Assembly: GCA_964016885.1 (NCBI GenBank)
Contig: OZ024740.1
Span: forward strand, 195,548,001 to 195,612,000
From: Eledone cirrhosa
Lineage: Eukaryota
DNA: 64,000 nt
Direction of reading: 5' to 3'
Part shown: piece after piece, positions 10,874 through 23,396 of the stretch
How the letters are laid out: every line of letters starts with the position of its first letter
Numbering within the stretch: the first letter of the stretch is position 1
Notes under the pieces: model-generated
The model's database searches: none
Seen by the model: the letters and a program-made list of their open reading frames with translations, nothing else
Told to the model about the DNA's origin: nothing
Program-made: the position numbers and the translations under genes

Positions 10874-10877
<4 letters not shown>
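10404..10877 (+). mobile_element. Internally deleted RTE subfamily-B fragment joined to its 3' tail
   Basis: IVDTFRYLG...ETWALCAED, with a deletion near 10640, then a jump at ~10785 to a duplicated CTCAAGTGGGAAAA and the B-type tail. Confidence 0.85.
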
Positions 10878-10940
<63 letters not shown>

Positions 10941-10982
10941 TAAATACATACATATATATGTATATATATATATACATATATT

Positions 10983-11410
10983 CTAGGGCGGGTAAAATTC
11001 CCGAGATCCATGGACGAGTTCTCTCCAGCAATCTCTGTCCCTCATTATCGCTGCCATGTCCTGCGTCTCCAACAGACCAGTGTCTGTCCTTAGGGCATCA
11101 ACATACGTTAACCTTGGTCTTCCTCTTCCAGTGTGTCCATGTAGGGGCTCCCACAGGAGCACTGAGTGCAATGTCAACTCTGGATCTCGGTGAGCATGTC
11201 CAGCTAACCTCAGTCTCCTGTGTGTCACTTTTGAGCTGACTTTTGGGAGGCCCCCATACAGCTCTGACTTTTTCATCCTCAGTGTATACTGAATAATGTT
11301 CAGAGCCATCCTCAACATTCTCGTGTAGCACCCATCCACCATCTGAGTGAGTTTCTTGGTCAGTGTCCAAGTCTCAGACCCGTACAGCAGCACAGACTCC
11401 ACTACAGCAA
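10983..11410 (-). mobile_element. 3' fragment of a distinct RTE-like LINE family
   Basis: AVVESVLLYGSETWTL...YTRMLR...RRLRLAGH...LLWEP...GRGRPRLTYVD. Confidence 0.85.
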
Positions 11411-11464
11411 TATATATATATACACACACATACATACATGTGCATATATACATATATATATATA

Positions 11465-11792
11465 TCATCATCATCATCATTTAACGTCCATCTTCCACTC
11501 TAGCATGGGTTAGACGGTTTTGTTCCATTTGATGCAGGAATGGTTGGAAGACCATGCCTCACTCGCATGGAAGCGTCTCTGGCAGGTTTTTTACAGCTGG
11601 ATGCCCTTACTAACACCAACCACATTTACAGTGTGGACTGGGAGCCTTTTCACCGTATCTCCTACACAACCACCTTACAGTGTGGACTGTTGTGTCATCG
11701 ACACAGTGGACGGAACGGGAGAGGGAGGATGGGGTAGAGGTGTGTGGGTGGGGTGTACATCAAGTTAAGAGGTGCCTACTGACTGTAGGTTT
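11465..11792 (-). mobile_element. RTE 3' UTR fragment (same type as the end of the 25838-28190 copy)
   Basis: Reverse complement reads TGCATACAAACCTACAGTCAGTAGGCACCTCTTAACT, then CTGTAAA modules, the GGTTGGTGTTAG..GGGCATCCAGC block and a (GAT)n tail. Confidence 0.8.
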
Positions 11793-12119
11793 GTATGCAA
11801 TATATATATATAAAAGGATGCTTTCCTTTTCAGCATGATACAGATGCCTTTGATAACAGCCTTTCAAAACACGACCAATTGAACTTCTTATATCAATGAT
11901 GAATTCAACAGTTTTCCTAGAGATGGCGACATAAATGGACCTACTTTTTATCAAAGAAATTATTTCCATTTCTGTCACTGCTTATTCTCCTCTAACTTTC
12001 TATTTCTTCTTTAATGTTGTCTTCTGTTTCTGATGAAGGACTAGCATCTGAAATGTCAAGACTTTTTTCCTACTATATTAAACATAAAAATAATATATTT
12101 CTTCATGTACTGTGTCATT

Positions 12120-12760
12120 TGCTTTGTTATTTCTTTACCTTTTTCATACACATATATATGTGTGTGTGTGTGTGTGTATTGATGTATGAGAAAATATGTG
12201 CCTCTGTATGTTATTCATAAAAGAACTCAATACAAACTGACACAAAAACCACACCTCGTTCTATAATACAAGGCCACCCATATTAAATAAATTCTTATTT
12301 AAATTCAAATTTTTCAACATATATTTTACTTTTGTTAAGTTATTTGAAAATCACCATCTCACTAATGAAATAATTTCTTATTAACTAACTGAAATACAGG
12401 GTATTTCATTAAAGATATGGGAACAAAGGGGTTAACTGTACTGTGATTTCATTAAAGATATGGTAACAAAAGGGTTAACCCTCTTAATTTCATTAAAGAT
12501 ATGGTAATAAAAGGGTTAACTGTACTGTGATTGATCAAATGGAGACAATATAGAGTAGATAGGACTCTTCAATCTTGCCGAGTACATTATTTCTTTATTT
12601 CTGTTTACCTTTTTCATACATATATATGTGTGTGTGTGTGTGTCTGTATGTGTGTGTGTATTGATGTATGAGAAAATATGAGCCTATGTATGTATCCATT
12701 CATAGAAGAACTCAATATCAATCATTAACCCTTTTAATACGAACTGACACAAACACCACT
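12120..12760. repeat. Local tandem duplication containing TTAA-type MITE remnants with a triplicated right end
   Basis: 12125-12255 is repeated at 12600-12760. TTCATTAAAGATATGG(G/T)AA(C/T)AAA(A/G)GGGTTAA occurs 3 times in 12405-12520. TTAACCCTTTT at 12725. Confidence 0.6.
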
Positions 12761-13012
12761 AAACTAATAGAGAAGAAATAAAGATGCCAGCTAAAATGGT
12801 AATAGAAGATAAAGAGAGGGTGAGAGAAGTGAGAGGAGGGTGTAAGATAGAAAGTGAGATAGGGAAAAGCGAAGGAAGAGAAAGCTAGAGAGAGGGAGTG
12901 GGAGAAGAGAGAGAGAGAGGGAGAAGAGAGAGAGGGAGAGAGGAAGAGAGAGAGAGAGAGACAGAGAGAAGAAATGGTGAGCAGTTGAACATATATATAT
13001 ATAAATATATAT

Positions 13013-15183
13013 CGTACTTGCCATCACCGACGCCGATAAGAAGGTAGCTTGGAAGTGTCACTATGAAAGGCTACTAAATGAGGAGAATAAATGGGAGAAA
13101 GACAGTCTCCCCCACATAGACCCAATAGAGGGACCAGCAGTGTTAGTCGAGGGTAATAAGTAAGGCAATCAAAGATATGAAGACAGGCAAGGTGGCTGGG
13201 CCTTCGGAAATAGTTGCCGAGATGCTGAAGGCATCTGGTACGGTGGGACACACCATGGTCACCCGGATAGTCAACCAAGTCATACAGAATGGGGTTGTTC
13301 CGAAGGACTGGTGTAGCAGCATTATCGTTAACTGTTATAAGGGTAAAGGAGATGCCCTAGATAGGAGTAACTATAGAGGCATTAAATTAATCGACCAGGT
13401 CATGAAGGTCACGGAAAAAGTAATAGCGCAACTAATCAGAGAGAGAATTGATCTAGATGAAATGCAGTTCGGGTTTGTGTCAGGAAAAAGTACCACAGAC
13501 GCTCTTTTCATTGTACGACAACTACAGGAGAAGTACCTAGCTAAAAGTAAACCCCTATACTTAGCTTTCGTCGACTTGGAGAAGGCCTTCGACAGAGTCC
13601 CCCGTTCCATTATCTGGTGGGCTCTTAGAAAACTAGGTGTTGATGAATGGCTTGTGAGAGCTATACAAGCCATGTATAAAGAAACAGTCAGCAAGGTTAG
13701 AATTAACAACGAATATAGTGAAGAGTTTAGTGTAAAAGTTGGTGTTCATCAGGGCTCTGTTCTTAGCCCCCTACTATTTATTATTGCCCTCCAGGCTATA
13801 ACAGTGGAGTTCAAGACCGGCTGCCCATGGGAACTCCTATACGCAGATGATCTAACGCTCATAGCTGAATCAATGGCCGAGCTAGAGAAGAAATTCCAAA
13901 CATGGAAGCACGGCCTAGAATCAAAAGGCCTTAAAATTAACCTGGCTAAGACTAAAGTTCTAGTTTGTAAGAAAGAAAATAAGGCGGCGGTCCCCTCCGG
14001 GAAGTGGCCATGCGCAGAGTGTAGGAAAGGCGTAGGTAGAAATTCCATTTTGTGTCCCAAATGCAAAGTTTGGGTGCATAAAAGATGTAGTGGGATCACA
14101 GGTAAGCTAACTAAGAACATAGATTTTACATGTGGCCGGTGTTCTGGAGCAATAAGTAGCAGCAAGTGCCCACAAAATACTAGCTCTTTCAACTGCGCAG
14201 AGGGTTCTATAGAAATAGTGGACAGCTTCCGTTACCTGGGTGACAAAATCAGCAGTGGGGGAGGGTGCTCTGAAAGTACAGTAGCTAGAGTCAGAACGGG
14301 ATGGAAAAAGTTCAGAGAGCTTATACCACTACTGGCCGCTAAAGGGTTCTCTCTAAAAATGAAAGGCAGGCTGTACGATGCCTGCATACGAACAGCAATG
14401 TTGCATGGCAGTGAGACCTGGGCATTGTGTGCAGAGGATATACGCAGACTAGAGAGAAACGAAGCTTGCATGCTCCACTGGATGTGTAATAGTAATATAC
14501 GTGAACGACAAAGCATAAACGAACTAAGGAAAAAATTAGAAATAAGAGGGATCAGATGTTGTTTACTAGAGAGAAGGCTACGTTGGTATGGTCACGTGAT
14601 GCGCATGAAAGACGACAGCTGTATAACAAAGTGCAGGGCAATAAAGATAGACGGTAGCCACGGAATAGGCAGACCCAGAAAAACCTGGGACGAGCTGATA
14701 AACTCCGACCTCACACACTTACACCTCTCCAAGACAATGTCACTGGACCGAGACCTTTGGCGGTACTCAGTAATAGAGAAGACCCGCCTTACCTAAATAC
14801 AAAGTAAAACCTACTACAGTCAGTAGGCATCTCTAACAAAATACACCCCCGTCCCACCACCCCCACCCCATCCACACCGCCCCCTTCTATGTAAAGTTAT
14901 GTTGGTGCCACACCATCCAGGCCGAGACAAATGAGATCGTGTAGGTGTCACGACAAAAAAACACACAGTCCACGCTGTAATGTGGCCGTGTAGGCAACAC
15001 GGTAAAAACCTCCCAGACCCACACTGTAAATGTGGTTGGTGTTAGGAAGGGCATCCAACTGTAGAAAATCTGCCAGACAGTCCTATGCGAGCAAGACAAT
15101 CACTCTTGCCTCAAGTGGGAAAACCCCCATCCAAACCCATGCAAGCGTTGAACACGGACGTTAAACGTTGATGATGATGATGA
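13013..15183 (+). mobile_element. 5'-truncated RTE LINE (subfamily B) with open RT ORF 13177-14796
   Basis: 539-aa ORF with RT motifs and the PHD finger. Upstream VLAITDADKKVAWKCHYERL lies in a shifted frame. Complete 3' UTR and (GAT)n tail. Confidence 0.95.
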
Positions 15184-15495
15184 TCATCATCATCATCATC
15201 ATCAATGTTTAATGGGTTAGATGAGTTGCCCTGTTGTGTGACAATCAGATTGGAGGATCATCATTTACTCACACAGAACTGTTTCTGGCTAGATTTCTAC
15301 AGCTAGATGCCCATCCTAACACTAACCACATTTACAGTGTGTACTGGGTGCTTTTTGTTGTGACACCTACATAACCACTTTACAGTAAGGACTGGGTGCC
15401 TTTTGTCATGACACCTAGACAACCAGTTTACAGTGTGGGCTGGACGCTTATTGTCATGGAACCTACACGACCACTTTATAGTGTGGACTAGGGAC
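15184..15495 (-). mobile_element. Older RTE/SINE 3' region with three tandem ~50-nt modules
   Basis: (CAT)n tail, reverse-complemented conserved block, and repeated (C)CACTTTACAGTGTG...GGTGCTTTTTG.CATGACACCTAC units. Confidence 0.75.
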
Positions 15496-15669
15496 TTGAG
15501 TGAAGGAGATGTATGGTGAATTGGGGAGGTAGATCTAGGGGTGGGTGTTAGGAGGTGCATGGGATGATTACAACATAGAAAGTGTATGGGAGGGAAGGTG
15601 GTGCATACTAGATGTAAACCTCAGCCCCTGCATATGAGAAGGTAGGTATTCTGTATCACCTCATAGCAC

Positions 15670-15900
15670 CAAAGATTATTTATTCTAGTTAATTTATATA
15701 TATTTTTTGCAACTTTGTCTTTGTTCTTTATATAAGTATCCTGGTTGAGAGCTTTGCCTTATATTCAGGTTTTTTAATTCCCCACCATGTCTGAAATTGC
15801 TACACTTGTGATGACAGCAATTGGACATGTATGAGTTATTTAAACAAACTTTTCCATTCATGGGAGCAATCACTCGCTGAGGGTGTGCTTCCAGCATCAA
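15670..15900 (-). mobile_element. Possible highly degenerate Penelope-like GIY-YIG endonuclease remnant
   Basis: Minus-strand peptides PMNGKVCL and HHKCSNFRH resemble the Penelope-like motifs CPLNGKCL and NHKSSFRH. Frameshifted, weak match. Confidence 0.3.
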
Positions 15901-16419
15901 GTTATGTAATGTCTGCAGATATTACCTAACTACTGTGAATAGTAGTGGTAACTGGAACTATTGTTGACAGCACAGAAACCACTTAACAGTCGAGTTTATA
16001 TGATATATAAATATCATTACCCACACGTATCTCACTGATTAATATTTGTGTGCATTGAATAAAAGGTTTGTATTTCTAACATACAAACCTTATTATATGA
16101 GTGAATAAGTGAAGGCCTGGAGCTTCGTAAACATATATAATAAAAAATGACAAACAGAGATATACAAAAACAATTTGTGCAATTAGATCCAAGTCAATGT
16201 GTCTGACACATCAATGTATCTGAAGTTAATCGTTCATCAGGAGAGCACAACAGTAGATAGATCAGAAAACAAACAAAAAAATAGGAAAGAGGGGACATTG
16301 AGTGTGTGCTGTTTTTAATTTCCTGTTATATCAGTGTATATATTGGTGGAATGGTCCATACATATATTTACACACACTCATACGCACATATAAATATATA
16401 TAAAGAGAGAAAGGGGGTA

Positions 16420-17420
16420 GGAGTTAAAACTGGGAAATCTAGTCAGGTAGAGACAGGTAGATTGACAGTGACACTCAGATTGACTGACAGATAGATAGTT
16501 GACAGATAGATAATAAAAAAGCCAGAATAACAGAAACAATTTTTTAAGGAGGGATGGGGCCTCCGAAAAAAAAAGAGACAGCGACACAGAGACAGACAGA
16601 CAGAAAAAAAAGAACATAGAGACTAAATAAGAGACAGACAAAGGTAAAAAGAGAAAGACCAAAAAATGACAAACAGTGATAAAAAGAGACAAACAAAAAT
16701 GGAGAGTTGGGGGGGGGGCGACAGATTGTGACAAAAAAGAGGAAGATAACAGGAGAAAGACTGAAAGAGACAAACAGAAAAAGCAAAACACAGAAACAAA
16801 GATGGAGGGGGTGAGTGATGGAGAGAGGGGGAGGCAGATATAGGGGTGGGGAGAGAGAGGAGAGAGTGGGAGGTGAGGGAAAGAGATAGAGAGAAGGGAG
16901 AGGGAAGATGGAAGGAGAGAGATAGAAAGAAAAGCAAAGGGAGAGAGAATGAGGAAGGAGAGAGATAGAGAGATAGAAAGACCGAAAGAGATAGACAGAG
17001 ATAAATAGAGAAGAGAGACAGAACAAAAAGCAAGAGATAGAACCATAGAAAGAAAAAGAAACAACAAAGAACCAAAATCCCCCCCCCCCACACACACACA
17101 CACACACTGATGTAATTTATACAACTATACAGGTTATTTACTAATCAGAGAGAAAAGAATTTCTAGAGGAAAATAAAAGATCGATTTCTATTTATTTATT
17201 CATTTATTAATGCATCAGTTTATTTATATTTTTTCATTTTTTAAATCTTTTGTATTTTACTTATTTACATTTTTTATCCATATTTTATTTATTTATTTAT
17301 CAATTTTATTTATCGTATTTCACTCTCTTATCTTTTATTTTATTTTATTTCAATTTGTTTTTTTTTTGTTTTTTTTTTGTTAAATTTAATTTTTTATTTA
17401 TTTTCTGTACTGTGCTTATT
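16420..17420. repeat. GA-rich then T-rich low-complexity tracts
   Basis: Read directly. Confidence 0.8.
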
Positions 17421-17789
17421 ATTTGTCAACATTGCACCTGTACTGAATGAACGAGCCAGGTACAATAATAATAATAATAATAATTACAGAAAAAAAAACA
17501 GGGAAGACTGTAAATAATGCTCTCAAAAAACAAACAAACAGAAATAATTCCAATTAAGCACCATTTCAATAATTCCACAATGATGATCAATTCTGTGGAA
17601 TGGCAGACTACATTCACTGCTATTCAAAACTGAGGAACTATAAAAAGTTTGATAGATTCTTTTGATTTGATATTTGTGTTTTTGTGCCTTGTGTTTTATG
17701 TTTTGTTTCCTCTACAACTGTATCAGTTCACAACCAGCACTACTACCACCACCACCACCATCATCATTACTACTTGTAATCCAGATAAT

Positions 17790-18510
17790 AATTGTTTCTA
17801 CTTTTGGCAAAGGCCAGCAATTACCCCAGTGTGTTACTGGTGCTTTATTTTATTGACTCTGTAACGATGAAAGGCAAAGCTAACCTCAGCGGGATTTGAA
17901 CTCAGAACATGAAGGACCATAACTATACTGCAAAGCATGGTGTCCAACACTTTCCCGATACTGCCAATCCACTACGCTTAATAATGTTTTCTGATTTAAG
18001 CACAAAGCCAACAATTTTTGGGAAAGTAGATTAAATTGATTCCAGTGCTTGACTGGTTGGTATTTTATTCTATTGACCCCAGAAGGATGAAAGGGAAAGT
18101 TGACGTTGGCAGTATGTGAACTCAGAACATAACATTAAAAAAAAAAACACAGAACAAATGAGGCATTTTATCCCATACTCAAATAAGTTGATGCCTGAAA
18201 TAAGACCTCAAATTTTGTGTGAGAGCATAGTTGATTGAGAGCCTTGCCAAACACATTTTTACATCCATAGATTAGAAGTTGTTGTCTTGGAGAAAAATAT
18301 ACTGTGATTGGTCCCCACATCCTTTTTACAGTTCAGCCAGTTCTGAGTTGGGTAGAGAGAGAGAGGAATCAACAATAGTAGTTTATTGGTACTCTGTTTT
18401 ATAAACCATAGATCAAGGAATTGCAATGTTGATCTTGGCAGGATATGACTTCAGAACAGAAATACCACAAAAATATTCATCAATACTCAAACAAGTCTAC
18501 TAATTGACCG
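17790..18510 (-). mobile_element. Three degenerate copies of a second tRNA-derived SINE family (~17790-17980, 17990-18190, 18370-18510)
   Basis: Recurrent CTGGT..TTTATTT..TTGACC/T..GGATGAAAGGCAAAG..ACCTC.GC.GGATTTGAACTCAGAAC, whose reverse complement contains the B box GAGTTCAAATC. Further copies at 21553-21760 and 31930-32070. Confidence 0.7.
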
Positions 18511-18639
18511 TCTCACATAACACATACAAAATACATAGTACATGACACTAAAATAGATAACAGAAACAACATAGTTCATGCAAAACATGATCTGTACCTG
18601 ACACAAAAACAACTAACACAAGTCATACAGTACATATCA

Positions 18640-21552
18640 CAATACTCCCACAACACATACATTACACAACACATACAAAACACACCAAATACATAACACG
18701 ACACAATGCACACAACACAACACAAACATCACAACCCACGCAACACAACCCACACAACACAACCCACACAACACAACCCACACAACACAACCCACACAAC
18801 ACAACACAACCCACAAAACACATCCCACACAACACATCCCACACAACACACACAACACGACACAACCCACACGACGCAACCCACACGACACAACCTACAC
18901 AACACAACCCACACGACACAGCCAACAGGACACACCCACATGACACAATCCACACGACACAACCCACACGATGCAAACCACACGAGGCAACCCACACGAC
19001 ACAGCCGACACGACACAACCCACACGACACAACCCACACGACACAACCCACACGACACAACCCACACAACACAACAACTCAAAAAAACCCACACGACACA
19101 ACCCACACAACACAACCCACACAACACAGCCCACACAACCCACACAACTCACACAACACAACCCACAAAACACAACCCACACAACACAACCCAACACACA
19201 CAACACACACAACCCACACAACATAACACACACAGTACAACACAACACACAAAACACAACACAACACACACAAAACACAACACAACACAACCCACACAGC
19301 ACAACCCACACAACATAACACAACACACAACACAACACAACCCAACCCACACAGCACAACCCACACAACATAACACAACACAACCCACACAACACAACAC
19401 ACACAAAACACACAACACAACCCACACAACACAACCCACACAACACAACCCATACAACAGAAACCACACAACAAAACCCACACAACACACACAACACAAC
19501 ACCATCCACACAACACAACCCACACGACATAACCCACACAATACAACCCACACAACACAACACACACAACACAACACACACAACACAACCCACACAACAC
19601 AACCCACACAATACAACCCACATAACACAACCCAACCCACACAACACAACACAACACAACACACACAACACAACCCAACCTACACAACCCAACCCACACA
19701 ACACAACCCACACAACACAACCCACACAACACAATCCACACAACACAACCCACACAACACACACAACCCAACCCACACAACACAACACACACAAAACAAC
19801 CCACACAACACAACCCACAGAACACAACACACAGAACACAACCCACACAACACAACACAACCCACACAACACAACACACACAACACAGCACAACCATAAC
19901 AGTCATCCTCTGGCATTAAATCACATACAACATATAGAGCTGTTAAATAATGATTTAACACAACACAACCCACACAACACAACCAACACAACACAACCAA
20001 CACAACACAACCCACACAACACAACACAACCCCCACAACACAATCCACACAACACAACCCACACAACACAATCCACACAACACAACCCAACCCACACAAC
20101 ACAACACACACAACACAATCCACACAACACAACCCACACAACACAACACACATAACACAACCCACACAACACAACCCACACAACACAACACAACCCACAC
20201 AACACAACACACATAACACAACCCACACAACACACACAACACAACACAATCCACACAACATAACCCACACAACACAATCCACACAACACAACCCAACCCA
20301 CACAACACAACACACACAACACAACCCACACAACACAACCCACACAACACAACCCACACAACACAACACACACAACACAACCCACACAACACAACCCACA
20401 CAACACAACACAACCCACACAACACAACACAACCCACACAACACAACACAATACAACCCACACAACACAACACAACCCACACAACACAACCCAACCCACA
20501 CAACCCAACCCACACAACACAACCCACACAACACAACCCACACAACACAATCCACACAACACAACCCACACAACCCAACCCACACAACACACACAACCCA
20601 ACCCACACAACACAACACACACAAAACAACCCACACAACACAACCCACAGAACACAACACACAGAACGCAACCCACACAACACAACACAACCCACACAAC
20701 ACAACACACACAACACAGCACAACCATAACAGTCATCCTCTGGCATTAAATCACATACAACATATAGAGCTGTAAATAATGATTTAACAACACAACACAA
20801 CCCACACAACACAACACAATCCACACAACACAACCCCCACAACACAATCCACACAACACAACCCACACAACACAATCCACACAACACAACCCAACCCACA
20901 CAACACAACACACACAATACAACCCACACAACACAACCCAACCCACACAACACAACACACACAATACAACCCACACAACACAACCCACACAACACAACAC
21001 ACATAACACAACCCACACAACACAACACAACCCACACAACACAACACAATACAACCCACACAACACAACACAACCCACACAAAACAACACACACAACACA
21101 ACCCACACAACACAACCCACACAACACAACACACACAACACAACACAACCCACACAACACAGCACAACCCACACAACACAACACAACACAACCCACACAA
21201 CACAGCACAACCCACACAACACAACACAATACAACCCACACAACACAACACAACCCACACAACACAACCCACACAACACAACACACACAACACAACACAA
21301 CCCACACAACACAGCACAACCCACACAACACAACACAATACAACCCACACAACACAACACAACCCACACAACACAACCCACACAACACAACCCACACAAC
21401 ACAACACAATACAACCCACACAACACAACACAACCCACACAACACAACCAACACAACCAACACAACACAACACAACCCACACAACACAACCATAACAGTC
21501 ACCCTCTGGCATTAAATCACATACAACATATATAGCTGTTAAATAATGATTT
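18640..21552. repeat. (CACAA)n/(CACAACCCACACAA)n satellite with a ~60-bp unique spacer repeated three times
   Basis: Spacer CATAACAGTCATCCTCTGGCATTAAATCACATACAACATATAGAGCTGTTAAATAATGATTT at ~19895, ~20726 and ~21491. Confidence 0.95.
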
Positions 21553-21760
21553 CTACTTTAGGCACAATGTCAGCAATTGGGGAGGGGGGGGGGTCGATTA
21601 AATTGACCCCAGTACATTACTGGTACTTTATTTTATCGGCTCTGTAAGGATGAAAGGCAAAGCTAATCCCAGTGAGATTTGAACTCAGAATGTAAAGGGG
21701 CATGACTATGCCACTAAGCATCCTGTGCAATGCTCTACCGATTCTTCTAATTCACCGCCC
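21553..21760 (-). mobile_element. Copy of the second tRNA-derived SINE family
   Basis: Same motifs as 17790-17980. Confidence 0.7.
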
Positions 21761-21883
21761 TGAAACAATGATGATTATATAAGACACACAATCTGACATG
21801 ATCATCATCATCATCACTTCAACGTCCATTTTTCCTGCTAGCTATGAAAGGCCACTAATATACACAGCATATACAGCAGTTAA

Positions 21884-22359
21884 ATGATGATGATGATGAT
21901 GGTCGTCATCGTCGTGATGGTGCTGGTGGTGCTGCTGATGATGATGATGGTTATGATGATTATGATGAAGATGATGGTGGTGGTGGTGGTAACGATGGTG
22001 GTGATGATGATGAGGGTGGTGATGATGATGATGGTGGTGGTGGTGGTGGTGGTGGTGATGGTGGCGATGATGATGATGAGTTATGGCAATTATGAAGATG
22101 ATGGTGATGATGATGATGATGATGAAACCCACACAACTCAGACACTACCACATAACATAACACTATACACATAGATCATTTTTTTCTAAAGTAACACCAG
22201 AAACGACAACAACAATTCAACACCTACCCCGTCCCACACACCCCGAAAAATTGTTGCTGCACACAGCTCAGGAATAGAGAGGTGCACTTGATAGAGCAGG
22301 AGAAACTCATACAAAACATAGTAGTAGTATCAGTGGTTGTAGTAGTAGTATTGGTGGTT

Positions 22360-22409
<50 letters not shown>

Positions 22410-22410
22410 T
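21884..22410. repeat. (GAT/GGT)n and (GTA)n trinucleotide microsatellites
   Basis: Read directly. Confidence 0.9.
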
Positions 22411-22829
22411 GCTAAACATGAAGAAAGAAATGAGAGAAAGAAGGTAAGAAAAGAAGAAGAAAACAGAGAAATATCTGAGAAAAGTAAAGAAAGAAAGAAT
22501 ATGATGACAGCATGTAGAAGAAAGGTAGGCAAAGAGGGAGTCCAAAGATGAAGGGGCAATAGGCCTCACAGAGAATAATCATGTTATGTTCTAGGGAATG
22601 AAGAAGCAATAACAACAGAGAATATTAAGAAAGGAATTCTCAGTAAAATGGATAGCAAAAAATAAATCAATATATTTGATTGAGTTTAGTCTATTGGACA
22701 TATAACTGGTTGTATATTTTATTAAATTATATTCTGACTGCAAAATATCAGTCCTTTTAGAAACTGTATTGCTTAACATGCTTGGATATTTATATATATG
22801 ATATATATATATGATATATAAACATATAT

Positions 22830-23396
22830 TATCATCACCGTTTTACGTCCGTTCTTCCACGCTAGCATGGGTTAGACGGGTTGTCCCGTTGTAAGCAGTG
22901 TCCAGTCGGCTGACCTTGTCTTGCACATACAGGATCTGATTCTGGCTTGATTTCTACACCTGGATGCCCTTCCTAACACCAACCTCATTTACAGTGAGTG
23001 CTGGGTGCTTTTTTTGCCGTGGCACCTCCACGACCACTTTGCAGTGGGGGGAGGGGGCATATTGTCTATATGCTTCAGCTTCGGCTTGTTCCTGTGTGTG
23101 TGGGGGGGGTCGAGTCTTCTGTATTACTGTGTGACGCCAGAGGTCACGGTCGTGTGTCATTGCCCTTGAGAGGTGCAATTGGGTAAGGTCGGCCTTTATC
23201 ACCTCATCCCAGGTCTTCTTGGGTCTCCCCACTCCGCGGCTTCCATCGACTTCTAGTGCTCTACACCTTTTTATGCAGCTGCCATCCTTCATACGCATCA
23301 CATGTCCATACCAACATAACCTCCTCTCCTGCACACAGCATTTGATTCCTCTTATGCTCAGTCTCTCTCTCAATTCGTTTATACTTTGCTGTTTGC
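22830..23396 (-). mobile_element. 3' fragment of an RTE subfamily-C LINE
   Basis: Reverse complement matches 6400-6995 (QSINELRERLSIRGIK...GRPKKTW, then the C-type 3' UTR and tail). Confidence 0.9.

Noticed and set aside
17574-17637. C/D box snoRNA (ATGATGA ... CTGA)
   Set aside because: Short, with a weak terminal stem and a competing internal hairpin. I recognise no rRNA or snRNA guide, and such boxes arise often by chance in TGA-rich DNA.
18637-21512. Cys/Val-rich and His/Thr/Gln-rich ORFs; CRISPR-like repeat/spacer appearance
   Set aside because: Products of the CACAA satellite. The recurring 60-bp unit is separated by ~0.8 kb of microsatellite, there are no cas genes, and the context is eukaryotic.
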